Shown here piece after piece: positions 31,220 to 61,784 of a stretch of DNA of 64,000 nt (within the stretch, counting starts at the first letter, position 1; each line of letters begins with the position of its first letter). Location: the NCBI GenBank assembly GCA_051294375.1, contig CM119263.1, positions 10,562,703 through 10,626,702 of the forward strand. Direction: 5' to 3'. The position numbers and the translations under genes were made by a program. The notes beneath the pieces are model-generated. The model searched no databases, had not been told where the DNA came from, and saw only the letters and a list, made by a program, of their open reading frames with translations. Source of the DNA: Paraspadella gotoi. Its lineage: Eukaryota > Animalia > Chaetognatha.

Positions 31220-34200
31220 CAAGCAAGAAGGAAAAGGAGATAGAGAGAAAAATTTAAAAAAGAAAGAAAGAATTAATTATCATATTGTCACGTCATATTT
31301 TATAGTCTTTACTTTCACACTTTCAAGTGTTGAGCGAGTAAAAGAAAAATTATTCTAAAACTTAATTCCCCTAGAGCGCTTCTACATCATACATCAGGTA
31401 TTAATTTGAATTTTGTTGCATAGCGCGTTTAATACTGCATGAAAAAAAATGTTAATCAGAAAACCTTTAATTTAAATACTTATTATTTTACATTTCCCCC
31501 CAAAAAATGTTATTTGAACATGACAAATAAAAATAAAAATACCTAAATTTCAATTTTAGTAATTTCAAATTCCCGAAATTTGAACCCCAATACGAAGAAT
31601 GCCAAAACTGATGGTCTCGGGGGACAGAATTGAAACGAGAGAGTGGTGAATGAAAACATATGCCAAATTTTCGGAATTTACTAAACGTCTATTTTAAATT
31701 TCTAGCTAATTTTAAAGTTTTACCTATTTTCTAACTAAGCTTGCCATAAAGCTTACAATCAATTAATATAAGATGAACAATTTTGGAAGCCAAAAGCTTT
31801 TTCTTTATATTTGGAATGAATTTGTGAAGTTTTCTCCAAAAAAAGTCAACTTCGAAATTGCACGAAAAAAAACAAACAATTAAGATAAAGATGGAGTGAA
31901 AGTGTGTAAGAGAGAGAGCGAGAGAGATGAAGAGAGAGAGGGTTAGTGAGGGAGAAGGAGAAGTAAAAGGGACGAGAGAAGGAAGAGGAGACAATCTGAA
32001 TGAGTGTCAGAGATGATTTAAAAGCTATGACGGGGATGGAAGAATATTGATTTCTTTTTTTTTTTATTCTTTTGGTTGCAAGAATTACAGTCTCTGTTAA
32101 AGCATAGCAAGTATAAATCTAATATCACAAGTCTATGATAATTTCGTCGATTAAAGAGGTTTCTATGATTTTAAAAGCATGTCGTTTTAAATAAGCGGTA
32201 ATTTAGTGCGTTTCAGCTTCTTCCATATTTGTTAAACGAAAAATGGCAAAATTGCGCTATCTTACTGAATGACGAAACAATATAAAATGTAAATTGATAC
32301 TACTTTTTGTATTTAAAAATTAAAATACAATAGGACTCTAACAGGCAAATTCTAAATCTACCAAGTTTCATTCGATTCTGAACAAGTAAAACCTTGATCG
32401 AGGTAAAAAAAGAAGAATCTGATCACAAAATTATAAGGATGAAACTGTTTAACAACAGGACAAACGTCACAATCACAAATAGGAGATGGCAATTAAAACG
32501 AAAGATTCGGATCAAACAAAATCTTCGATCGAATCTCTAAAACTAACCAAAAAGAAAGGATTGGGTGACGCAATGAGGATGATGATGTTTATGTAAATGC
32601 GTAAAATTGTACCTAAGATAGTGCAGATTGCGGATCAAATCGATAAACGAGCGTGGATACAAAATATCGCGGCGAGAGACACGGAAAGAAGGTATCGGCT
32701 CCAGTTAATTCTTTTTTAAATTCGTTTAATGATTAATGTTTTTTAGCCTTACACGAATGTAAATACTGAGAGTATCTTATTTCTGAGGGCAAAATTAATG
32801 CCTTTTAATTTTTTTAACTACTTTTCAAAGTTCAAGACGAATTTATTAATAAGATGGGACATCATTTTTAGTAAGCTGGATGCACTTACGAAAACTCTTA
32901 AAAAAGCTTATTTTTGTAATAACATTAAAGAAAAATACAAACACTTAAAAGCTTGGAGGTTTAAAACCTAACCCTATCTAAATATTAAAACGACAAAATA
33001 TCAGAAACCCAAAACCTAATCTGTCGCCCTCAACGCCAACGGGGTATTGGGGCGTCTTAGTTTCTACCGATGGGGGTTAAAGATGTGAGCCTCGGTGTCA
33101 CGGGACAAGAGGAATCGGAGAAAAAGTGATACGGAGGCGGAAGGCGAAATTTTTTATCGGATCATCCAGACTGCAATTATTTTTCCCCGAGACTTTTTGA
33201 TTGTGCTTCTGAACAGGCAATTAAATGTGAACTCTAAAAAAAAAGCGAAAAAGGGAAAAATAGAGATCGAGATAAGTGAGGGAAGGAGAACAAATTAATT
33301 TCTTTTCATTTTTAATTATATTTTAAAAAGGATGTCGAATGAAAATCGCCTTAATGAAAACAATAAATAAGCCTTAATAGCTTAAAGCTTCGGAGCAGGT
33401 AGAAAATAAAAAAAATTGGGAAGTCAAGGAGAATATGCTAATCGGGAGCCAACATAGCCACAACTGAAAAAAAAAATAACATAGAAACATGAAAGACTAG
33501 ATATTTTTTTTTGTCTGCGCGCAAAGCAGTAACAGTGTGAGCAATGTATGTTACTATTGATAATCGCGATATTCGAGAAGAAAAAAAACGCTCATCGAGC
33601 GCATTTTTATTCAATTAAATTTTTGTCTATTATTATTTATCTTTCTTCTTTTAATTTTCTTTTTTTTTTAATTCCAAGATTGAGCATGTGTGTTTTTAGG
33701 GAAAAGTGTAAAAAGTATTTATGTAAAAATAACATTCTGCAACACGGAGTTGGGTCGCGTCGATGTTCTTTACATTAAAATATAGAAGTTTGGCGGGAAA
33801 AGAATGAGGTCAGGGTGCAGACGGTAGGGGGTAGGGAAATGATAAGAAAATATTTAATTTAAGTATAAATATAGTGCATTGTAATTCAGAACGTCTTGAA
33901 CATTTGTTTTTAATAATACTTTATCTACGTTTTCAAAACACCCTGAGTGCACTCATAAGGGAGATTTTATTTTGGTTTTTTTTTTTTTTTTAACTTTCGT
34001 TGGACGACTGAAATGGGCGCAGATCCGACGAGAGGAGACAAAAGTTTGTAAAGTCAAAAAGTTAAGATCCGTAAAATTTCCAAGTATGGGAAAGCTCATA
34101 TGTTCATTAAACGCAATACCATCAGGTGCTATGCTGAAATAATTGCTAAGAGGAAAACACGAACGTAAAATTATAAAATTTTGTAAAATCGATAGTCAGG

Positions 34201-34674
34201 ACCGAAACTACGTTTTTTTTATTATAAGGACAAAGGAAATGGCATAGATGAGGCAATAGACGTTTGTGTTTGGAGGATCTGCATTTAAAAAAAAAAAACT
34301 AAATTAATTTGAACGTCAGATGTGAACGTATTTTCTCCCACCCAAAAGTAAAGGCTTCCGACGTTTTACAAATCTCTTTTAATTTGTATTACTTTATAAG
34401 TCAAATAAGAGTAGTTACTGAGAGGAACATCATGTCAAAAAGAAATTGTTTATTGGATGAGCATTGAGCAAGACTGCTAGTTGTCTAAAATGATAAGATG
34501 AGCAAGATGTCCGAAACACAATCGTCATTTTAAAAAGGTTTATAAAAACAGAATCATGTCCAAATTGAGATTTTAAAACATATTTTTTGTTAAATGAAAC
34601 ATGTGAGCGTTCCGTTCCAGAAACAGGAAGGGGATCAAATACTAGAGTCGAGTCATTTAAAGGACTGGGAAGTG

Positions 34675-51513
<16,839 letters not shown>

Positions 51514-52513
51514 GATTTTTTGGTTTAGATTAATGCTTGATTAGACGAATTTTTAAATCGTTGGTCAGCAACTGCGAGAACAGCTCGACCGTTTGCCCGG
51601 TCGGTCAACTACTGGACTGTTTTTTTGTTTTTTTTGGCTAGTTGTTCAAAGGCTCGTGTTCAGTCCACTGCTTAAAAATTATCGCTTTTCGGTCGTTTGG
51701 TCAGCGGAATGTCCAATGTCTTCCGTTGTCATTGGGATTTGAATCGTCTGCAACAATTCTCTAGCTCTCTCTCTCTCTGTCTTACACTTTCCGTGCGTGT
51801 GTGTCGCTCTCTCTTTCCCTCTCTATTTCACTCAGCTGCTGCACTTGTTTCGGATTTAATAAAAATACAGAGGGAGGTATCAAAAACAAAAGACTTCTAA
51901 GCTAAGGAGGCCTTTAAATCCAAGTTTAACTTTGTATTTTTTAGTAATAATATCAAGCCTCTCGAATTCCAGTGTAACATGTTTTTTAGCAAAAGATGAG
52001 CTGACTAGCTCGCTATCATTCTACCTTACTGACTCTGGAATAAAATAAGTACATATACCAGCGGTTCTACGAAAGAAAAAAACTATCGTTGTCAGTACCT
52101 TTAATTTGGCTAAAAATCAAATTAAAAAAATTCAACTTACGATTTGTGTCCTGGCCGAATTCCTTTATCACGTTTCGGCGGAATTTTTTGAAATCGGCTC
52201 CAAAATGGTCAGAACGGCGTCCGACGTAATCGGGATTTCAGAGGATTAAAACCAAAATTGATTTTTGAGCGGGAACAACTTTTTTTGCAAGAGAGAAACA
52301 AACGCTCGTCTTCCCCGGTGGGCAAGATCTCTTTTTCCTTATTAGTTTTGATCATTTTTTTAAGGGATCTCATTTTAAGTCTTTACTCTTCTTCTCGAAG
52401 TTAATTAAGGTTTTATTATTCTATCAATTTACTACGAAACAAACTTCGTGGCAAAAAAAATTTTTTCGATTCTTGTCAACGAAAAAAAAAAAATTAGGGA
52501 CTTTTGTGTCGTC
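51514..52513. promoter_or_regulatory. Probable bidirectional promoter between the DHHC and MgtE-like genes
   Basis: Divergent start codons (51513 on -, 52514 on +) lie about 1 kb apart. Inferred from gene arrangement only. Confidence 0.45.
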
Positions 52514-55025
52514 ATGAAGATTCTCGTGGAGACCGACAAGACCGACTCCATGGCCGACAAGACCGACTCCATGGCCGACAAGACCGACTCCATGGCCGAC
52601 AAGACCGACTCCATGGCCGACATTAAACTGCCGACGCCGCCGGTCGACGCCGGCTACGACGACGTCCCGGAGCCGCTGATGACGCCGTCGAGAAGCGTCT
52701 CCAACTCCTCCTCAGATTCGACGGAATCGGACGCCTCCGAGAAAATCCTCTGCGACGCTTGCAATTCCGGTCTTTGCGTCTCTTGCGTGAGAAGCGTCAG
52801 CGTCATCGAAGAAAGAGAGAAAGGATGCCACGCCCTCTATTGCGTCTCGGCGTTTCGGTACAGAGAAACGTTCTCGATTCCATGATTTAATTGGATTTTG
52901 TACGATGATTGGTTTATTAATTTATTTGATTTACTGATTGGTTAATTGTTAGATATTTTAGATTGATTTGATTGATTGATTGATTGATTGATTTAGTTTA
53001 TCAATAAGTCAAAAATCTAATCAATCCGATTAATATCATAGGCTCGGTCTTAGAAGAGTTCCGGCTCTGCTTGTCACGCTTTGTCTAGAATTGGCAGGTA
53101 CAAAATCTCCTTCGATCGCGATCCCGTGTTCCATATTTCTTTTACAGTAAAATTTACTTGCCTTTGCTTCTCTTCTCTCTCTCCTCAATCTCTTCGTCTT
53201 CTCGTCTCTCCATCTCTCTCTCTCTGCTCTCTCTCGTTGCTCTCTCTCTCTCTTTCTCACAGGCGGATTCGTGATCGACGTCCTCAACGAGTCCATCACT
53301 CAGTTCATCGTCCTCGCTTCCTTCATGCCAGTCATCTCCGCTCTGAGTGGAAACTTGGGTCTCCAGTCTTCCTCCAACACGACAAGGTCTTCTTCTCCTT
53401 TTTCTCTTCTAAAACAAGTTTTAGGATTAGGTTTTCGAAAATCCTTGGAATGAAATTACTAATCATCAACAAATTGACGAACCATCAAGAGAGAAGCTAC
53501 TTGCCTCTCACTTTGGACAAGCTGTGTTACAAGATAATAAAATTGCAGGATCCTTCAAGNNNNNNNNNNTCACAAATTATATACTATACAGCTAACACCA
53601 TTTGCATTTATTGACTGTTACACGCCATCTTTCTAATTATTTTTTTAATTCTCTGGTTCTCTCCTTCTCTGGCTCCGTTCCGTCGCTCTCTCTCCCTCCC
53701 TTCTATTGTTCTCCCTTGGCAGGGGTCTATCGACGGGCAACGTGGTAAAAGGCCGATATCTGTCCAACACCTGGAAGGAAGTCAAATCCGGTCTCTTGGC
53801 CTCCTGCATCATTTCCCTTCTCCTGGGACTCATTGGTCAGTTTCAGAAACCAGGGTCTCATTGGTTCATTGGTTGACCCGTTGACGAGTCTATCAAAATA
53901 TTAGCCTGTGAGTGTGAGCATCTTTCCTGCCTTAATTACTTAAGTAATACTGAGATAAATATTTTTACAAATTAGATCCCTCATATGAATTATCATATTT
54001 TGAGGAATTAAAAAACATGCGAACACCAGGTAAATATCAAATATTAGAACCTGGGTCGTTTTTTGAAAATTGACAATTTGAAGATGCTGAAATATTAGTT
54101 TCGATCTTTTAAAACGCAGTATAATTCAGTCTAATTCAGTCTAATTCAGTCTATCCGCGCAGGATTTATCTGCCTCTTTAATTCACCATTAGTCCAATAC
54201 TTACAAAAAAACCTTTATCAAACCTTTCTTCACATTGAAGTTCACAAAGCTTCTTTCACAAACCCACTGGCCTTTCTCGATCGTCAGGCGCCGCTTGGAC
54301 CAAACTCGATGCCGACGAGGAGAAAGAAGCTTATTACAATCAAGTTCTGCCCATCTACCCGTTGATCTTTGGCGGAGTTGTGATGTTGGGTGAGTGGTGA
54401 ATCGTTCACTTGCGATAATGTCTTACTCTTACAATAAAATCATGGAAGTTTAGTTTAGTGTCTCTCTCTNNNNNNNNNNCTCTCTCTCCCGCAATTCATC
54501 CTCGCTCACCGATGGTCCTCACAATTCCTTTTCCCCCATTTTATCGATTAAGAATAAAAAAATATGGAGCCTTTCCTAGAGGGGCTCCCCCCCCAAAAAA
54601 AAACAATTCTCCCGAATGTCGCCGTCTCATGACCGGAGACAAGATCGATATTGATCGGCTTAGTCTTTGTCCTCGTTGTCGTCTTCGTCGTCGTCGCTGG
54701 CGCCACAGCCTTTCTCAAAGTTTCAGCTAGAAAATTCGTGCTGGGCGATACGATCGTAGAAAAAAAAAACTGGGCATTCTGCTTGAAAGTAGAAATCGGT
54801 TGACCGACTTGGGCGAAGCCAGCAGATCAATTTTACTGAGGTCAATGGTAATATATGGTCGAGAATGGATCGAGTCACGTGGTCATGGGTCAGAGATTTC
54901 TGAACGGTTTTTTTTTGTCCATAAAAAAATTTTGGGAGAAAGATGGGGATACTGATATGGTCGAAGAAAAAATGAAAATATGAGGACGTTGGCAATTAAA
55001 GTCTCTCTCTTTCTCTCTCTCTCCC

Positions 55026-55117
<92 letters not shown>

Positions 55118-55983
55118 TATTTCTTTCTTTATTTCTTTCATTCATTTACTTTTTCTGATCCTCTTCCTTACTACAATCAATCCCCAGGGAGCTGGCTCTC
55201 TATGATGATCAGCACCGTGAACGGGGCAGTCATGCCCCTTTTGGCTCAGCACCTGCGTCTTGACCCGGCCAAAGTCGCCGGTCCCTTGGAAACGGCTTTC
55301 CAGGTGCAAAATAAAAACGGTATAATTTGCAAAAACATTGACTTTTTTTAAACGTTGCAATCTAAAAATTTCAAGAATCTTTCGAATTAAGTTGTTAATA
55401 AGGAAATGAGTTAAAATTCGCGTTTTATGTACAACTTCTTTATCTATTTAAAATATTTTATTTATATAATTTATATATATATATATACATATATATATAT
55501 TTATATAATTTATTACATTTTCTCCCAGGAATATTATTTTATGATCATTCTTTTTATGCATCTGTCGTTTAACAAAAACATGGGGTAAATGCATCTGCCT
55601 CCTCAAATAAATCCCCCCCGCACATATCTTTGAAAATGAGGACAAACTCCATAAAATCCGCAAAATTGGCCATAAAACAAAATCTCTCTCTCTCTCTCTC
55701 TCTCTCTCAGGACATTTTCGGCCAGAGTTTTCTTCTGGGCTTCGCCATGCTTGTCCTCATTCCGCTGTTCAAGGATAGAGAAACGACGGTCGCCACGACG
55801 ATGAGAACGTCGAATTGGACCGTCGACTCGATCGCTCCGTCTGACGCGATGACGACGGTCGTTGCTGGATCTCAGGCTGGAGTGATGGGGCCGGAAGTAA
55901 TGCAAACCAACGCCTTTGGTTTCCTTGCGAATCCTTTTTTGTTTTATTCTTTGAACAATATGACTCGTTACTCTCATAACTGA
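52514..55983 (+). CDS. MgtE-type Mg2+ transporter (single MgtE membrane domain)
   Basis: Exons ~52514-52857, 53042-53097, 53263-53386, 53722-53836, 54288-54390, 55189-55302 and 55710-55983 encode RRVPALLVTL, LASFMPVISALSGNLGLQSSSNTTRGL, WKEVKSG, LRLDPAKVAGPLETAFQ|DIFGQ. These correspond to MgtE RLPWL, GGNxGxQ and DPAxxSGPxxTTxxD, including the Mg2+-binding Asp. Confidence 0.85.
52533..52621 (+). repeat. Coding 21-bp tandem repeat x4 (DKTDSMA)
   Basis: ccgacaagaccgactccatgg is repeated in frame at the MgtE N-terminus. Confidence 0.95.
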
Positions 55984-57627
55984 TTTTTAAAGAGCGGTTT
56001 TTGTATGATTCTCAGAGATATGTAAATAACTTTGTCATTCCTTTCTATTTTTGAATGATTCACTTTATATTATGCAATAGTAAAACACAATCCAAAAATT
56101 TGTTATTTTAATATGAAATATAATTGATTCGTTAGCGTTAGAGACGAGAAAGAGAGAGAAAGCGTCAGTTATAACGAGAACTATTAAAATCTATGAGTTC
56201 GTTAAATTCTTAAGTTTGTAATCTTATTCAATATTATGACAAATCTCTGTAGTTTCACTTTTAAATCAGGACTTTTTGAGACAAGTTAATCTTTTTATTT
56301 TAAAACTTCAGCTTCCATTAGAAAAATTTTTTTTACCCTGGTGATAAAGTTTGAAGCCAATCCTCCTGAGAAAGAACCATCAGTGGTGGGCACTACTTCC
56401 TATTTGAAAGAATGAAAGAAAAATTGGCGATAAGACAGAATCAGTCGAGGAATGGATTAATGAAAGTCAAGCAAAATCCAGATTTAGAAACAAAGAAGGA
56501 CGGATAGAGAGACACAGAAACGCGGTGGAAGGCACCGGCAAGGTTTCGTACAACAAAGCTGAACAGAATATTAGAAGGAAAACAAGCAAAAAATGGGAAG
56601 GAACAAAATGCGAGGAAAAGAAAGACGTACAAGCCAAGGAGGTCCCTCACAAGAAGCCATATAAAGTTTATATGACTGGTTTGCAGGATCAGGCAACAGA
56701 TTTCTGTGTTATCTTTACAGTCCACAGTGAATGATAGTCGATAAATAGTATCTTGTAGATACGTAGAAAATTTTTATTATTTCCCGTTTTAAAGTACATT
56801 GTAAACAAATTTTAAAAAAATTGAAATAAAATTAAATTCAACAACTGAATCAATTAAATCTATTAATTAATTAAATTCATCGACTTTAGACGCGTAACGC
56901 TAAAACAAACCTTATGGCTTATCTTAAATTCCGATTTCAATTTTGATATCCACTTCACTTTGGAATCCATCTTTTCATTGAGGCAGGATAATCCTCTCGA
57001 CCATTGTAAGAGCGATTGGCTGATCCTTTGTCGTGGCGCGTCGAGCCTCTCCATTTTAATATTTAAAGCCTATCACTCAAGAACATCTGTTTCTAAATAT
57101 GGGATATGGTTCTTTAGACCTTGAGCTAAGCCGTAAGCGATCTTTTTCAGGTGAAACCGTAAATGGAAATAGAGAGATTTTAGCCAAGATTTTACTTAAA
57201 TAGTTTATGATAGATATGATGTAATAAAGTAATGGCTCGATAGAACAGGTCATTTTATTTAGACATAACGGAAACTATAATTGAAGCTTAAATTGGCATA
57301 AAATTGAATGTACATTATTTATATGCTGAAGAAATAAATTATAAAAACAATTCTGAGGATTTTTTTTAGTAGAAAGAGTGGCGTGCGCTCAGCACAGATA
57401 TTGTAGACCCTAATATCTTCATTAGCGGTTTCGAACGTACTCTTTATGTTTTCCTTCAATTTGACTCAGGTGGGATTTTGGCTTTGCCTCTAATTTTTCC
57501 GCGAAGTCGAAACGGCGAAGCTCCGACGGCGACAACAACAACAACAACAACACTAACATTTCTCCCTTGTTCCATTCGTGAAAAACCGCCCCTCTTCTTC
57601 TTCACCATGACACTACATGTTCATGTT

Positions 57628-57755
<128 letters not shown>

Positions 57756-58255
57756 CGCTTTACCGCCCGCTCCCTCTCTCCCTCTTTCCCTCTCTTATTC
57801 ACAGAGTCAAGAGAGGTAACCGATTCGCCTCACAGGCTCCATTACTCTCCACCTCGGTTTTCATGGTGTCCCCTCAAAAAAACAACTCGTGTCGTCGACG
57901 ATACCTCCTCTGTTTTCCCGCCAAAAATTGACGAGAGCGAGTGAGACAGAAAAATTAATCATTCGAGCCTAGAGCCCGTTGCGAACATGGTCAACGATCT
58001 CTGGTCGGATTCATGAAAAAATAAAGAAATTCAGCGTCGAGGAAAAGGGAAAAAAAAAAACACATTTTTTTTCTTCGTTAATTTATTTTTCTTCAATTCC
58101 ATGAAACCTTCCTTCGACGCCGTCCAAAATCTTCGGGAACGGATAATTTAAAAAAAAAAAACTAACTCTGCGCTAAAATAATTAAATCAAATTTAAAAAA
58201 AAAATAAAAGTAAATTTTTTCCAAAAATTTAAGTATAATTGATACGCCATCAAAG

Positions 58256-61200
58256 ATGGATAAATCTATGGACCATTTAACTAGGAATCCACCGAGGATT
58301 CACCCTCGCTACGCCGTCAATCCTTTGGCCACTGCGATGAGACGGTTCCGCTCCCGCGAAAGAGACTCCGCGTCCAGCCAATCCAGCGGCTCGTCCAATG
58401 CCAAGCCCAGAAGGGACTCTCCGCCCCCGAAGAGACACTCGGCTGGGGCCCGATCGCTCGCCCTTCGCACCAGCGGTAATGATCAGTACCTGCCGGACGT
58501 GCGGTTTTCCCGTCAGCCGACTGGAGATTCCGTTCTCTTGGAAGGGGCGAGTTCCGGGGAATCTGACGAAGACGTCTTCCCCCCTTCCGTGGGCGGAGAC
58601 AAAGACGAGGTTGGGCAATATGAGGAAGTTGGACAAGAAACCGATGCCACTCGTGATGATGCCGACGTGAAAGTTGAAGAGACAGAAGTCGCTGAAGACG
58701 AAATAGCAAATGCCGCATTTGAAAGCGAGCCCGAAGCGCATGGTATTTCCGAAACAGTTGAAGTTGCTGGTTCCTCAGTTAAAGACGCATTTTCTCATTT
58801 CGACGCAGATATATCCGATGCAGAAACGGAACCTTCCCCGGAATCGGAAGCGCATGGTATTTCCGAAACAGTTGAAGTTGCTGGTTCCTCAGTTAAAGAC
58901 GCATTTTCTCATTTCGACGCAGATATATCCGATGCAGAAACGGAATCTTCCCCGGAATCGGAAATGTATTACTCTAAATGCCGTTACACGGTAAAAGAAA
59001 TCGGCTCGGGCCCAGATCACGATAAGCGATTTGATGAAGATAAGGGAAATATTTTTTACTCCGACGAAAATGAATCGAATTATGAAGATATGCCACCGTT
59101 GATCGATGCAAATTTACTGGAAACTACAGCGGCAGCAGCAGCAGCGGCACTTCGAAAAGCCAGCGCAGCGACCTTTCCGGCGGTTATCGTGGAGCGAAAT
59201 TCTGATCATTCGGAGGATATCTTGGGCGCGACTGGGGGAGCGCCCCTTGAACCCCACTGGAACAGATGGGACATAGAAGATAACATGACTGAGGAGCAGA
59301 GAGAGAGTTTGGCGGGACTCGAAACTTCTCCGGTAGGCGGCGAAGTGTATATGTCGAGCGATTCGGAGAGGGTCTCCGAGAATGATCAGCATCAGATTCT
59401 GCCGGTCTTGGGGGTCAAAGGCGCTGAAGAGTTGAAGGGTACGGAGGGATATCAGGCCCTGAAGGGAATTCCCTTGCCGCCGTCCGGTTCTACGACGCAG
59501 CCGGCGCGCGTAAGGCCCGATCTGGAGCGTTCGTTGAGGATCAACGTGGATTTCAACGAAAACGAAATGATAGATTCGAGTCGCGTGTTCTCGCCGAGTC
59601 TGCTGAAAATAGCGACGTCACAGCCGTTCGGCTACGGGCTCATGGATATGGATAAAGAAATGAGCGGGCTCATTGAGTTACAGAACCAAGTATTCGCCGA
59701 GTCGATGGCATCGGCGGAGCCGCCGCTTCCGCAGCCGCCCCTTCCCGCTTACCAGCTCTTTCCAGAAAAGAGGGTTACTCTCGACAAAAAATCCGAAGCT
59801 GGCATCTTTTCCTTGCCGCAACCGCAGCAGCTGCAACCCCGGGCTCTGGGTTTCCCGCCTGGCGATTCGTTTCCTCAAATTCCGCCGCTCGATCTTTCTA
59901 TTCTCAATGTTCCGCCTCCCAATGTTCCGCGTTCTCACATTCCTCAATTTACTTGTCCACCTCCCGATCATTCGATTCTCAAGTTTAGGCCTCCCAACCA
60001 TTTTCCTCGCCATGTTCCGATTCCTACGTCTCAGTCCTTTCCCGGGATCCACATCCTGGGAAATCCGAATATCGGCAACATCCAGGCACCAAGCGTTCCG
60101 CGGGTCACTCCGCCGTTGGCTCCTCAAATCCAGCAGCCGCAACCGCTCGCTCCCCCGCCTCGGGATAGGAAGGCTCGTAATAAAGTAGTTCCTATCGTCC
60201 CTTTCCGCCCATTTCGACTGCTTCCCGGCTTGCGGACGAAGAGAAACGGCTCCGGCGAGTACAATCCGGACGACGACAACAACAATGAACAGGGCGAGGT
60301 TAACTTCAACTACGGCGATCAGGCCGAGTCCCTCAGCCTCATGGGCCCCTTGCTTTTGCTCCATGAAGAGACGGCGGGGATTTTGAAGGAGTTTTGGCCT
60401 TGGCCTGAAGGGAGGAGCTTCGAATATTCGATTACTGAAGGTGAGCAAACATTAGTCATGTATTTTTCATTACATACCTCAATCTGCTTATGAAAATTAG
60501 TCAAACTAAATCAATCAATTCACTCTTTTTTCAGGTAACTTTATAAGTGTCGCGGAAAAAGACAAAAGGCTCTTCCATCTGGACAACTCCATCTACGCTT
60601 CCGACGTGTTTCGGTACTTGAAGAGACGCGTGTCAGACTACCGCGTGCCCGACTACATGCGTTGGCAGACGTCGATGAACAATTGGAAACGGGCAGTCTC
60701 CATTGAATGGATTTTTATGGTGAGTCAATTTTGTAACTAGCATATTTAATTAAAACGTTGATTCATTTACTTTTTGTTATATTGTCACATATTATAGCGG
60801 TTTCTCGCTAAATGCTCACTAAATTTTTGTTGACTTTGTCAACTAAATGTTATTTAAATATACCGACATTGTAAAATTTAATTCAATTTTTAGGCTCAAG
60901 ACCATTTCGAAGTCAGTAACAAGACCGCGCACTTAGCGGTCAAGACGCTCGACCGCTTCATGAGCAAAACCACCAACCGAGTCCGAGACTTCGATCTGCT
61001 CGCCCCCGCCTGCTTTTTCATTGCCTCTAAATACGAGGAAAACTACGTCCTAGAACAGGACGTTTTTTTGCAAGTCTCCGAGTATAAGTTCGACTTAAAA
61101 GACCTACTGGAGGCCGAGAAAGAGGTTTTGAAAACGATCGACTTCGACTTGGGATCGGCCTCGATCATCGACTTTGTCGAGTAAGAAATCACTTTTGGTT

Positions 61201-61784
61201 ATACTTTATATACTTTTTTTTTTAAGTCCCAGATATTGAATATATATTTTGAACATATTTGACCTTTTCTAAACTGTACCTTTCAGGTTTTACAAACTCT
61301 GGGGATCTTCCGCTGAGAAAGACGTTTCTGTCCTCGTCAACTACTTGGCCGACTTCTTCGTTCTTGACTACGAGGCGACCATCGCGATTGATGAGTCTCG
61401 CCTTGCCGCCGCTTGCTACACTCTGGCATTCTTGCTCAAGGGTAAGGGGTTCATTGGAAAATCATGTCATCAACAGTAAATAGTAATAAACTGCTTAATT
61501 GTTCCAATGCTTTCTGTATTTCGGCGAATTTTATTGTTAACGACCAATTATTTCATCCAGGTTACCCGGTTGAATCGCTGTGGAAGATCACGGGCTTCCC
61601 TGTCCAGAAGCTTAACCCCATCATCAGTCGTCTCACTGAGCTGTTGGAACCCGACAGCCCTCTCCTCGATTTGGAAACGGTTTTTACGCGCTTTGAGCGG
61701 AGGGATCAGAAATTTATTTATTCGTCGCTGGTTGACGGCATGCAGATGATGAGAGATTTTCGCACCCGAGTCCAAAAAGTGTGA
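58256..61784 (+). CDS. Divergent A/B-type (B3-like?) cyclin with a ~730-aa low-complexity N-terminus
   Basis: Exons 58256-60440, 60535-60719, 60894-61180, ~61288-61441 and 61561-61784. Cyclin motifs YASDVFRYLK..DYM..Q, KRAVSIEWI (MRAIL-like), TAHLAVKTLDRFM, LLAPACFFIASKYEE and EAEKEVLKTIDFDLG. Confidence 0.85.
58733..58963 (+). repeat. In-frame 114-bp (38-aa) tandem duplication in cyclin exon 1
   Basis: EAHGISETVEVAGSSVKDAFSHFDADISDAETE(P/S)SPES occurs twice; units start at 58733 and 58847. Confidence 0.95.

Noticed and set aside
53560-54479. Apparent interruptions of the MgtE gene
   Set aside because: Two 10-N assembly gaps (53560-53569, 54470-54479) lie in introns, and flanking exons join in frame.
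56340-57150. Possible small minus-strand gene (MERLDAPRQ...ISHK)
   Set aside because: No recognisable motif, and the best splice model gives only ~70 aa; cannot be supported without transcripts.
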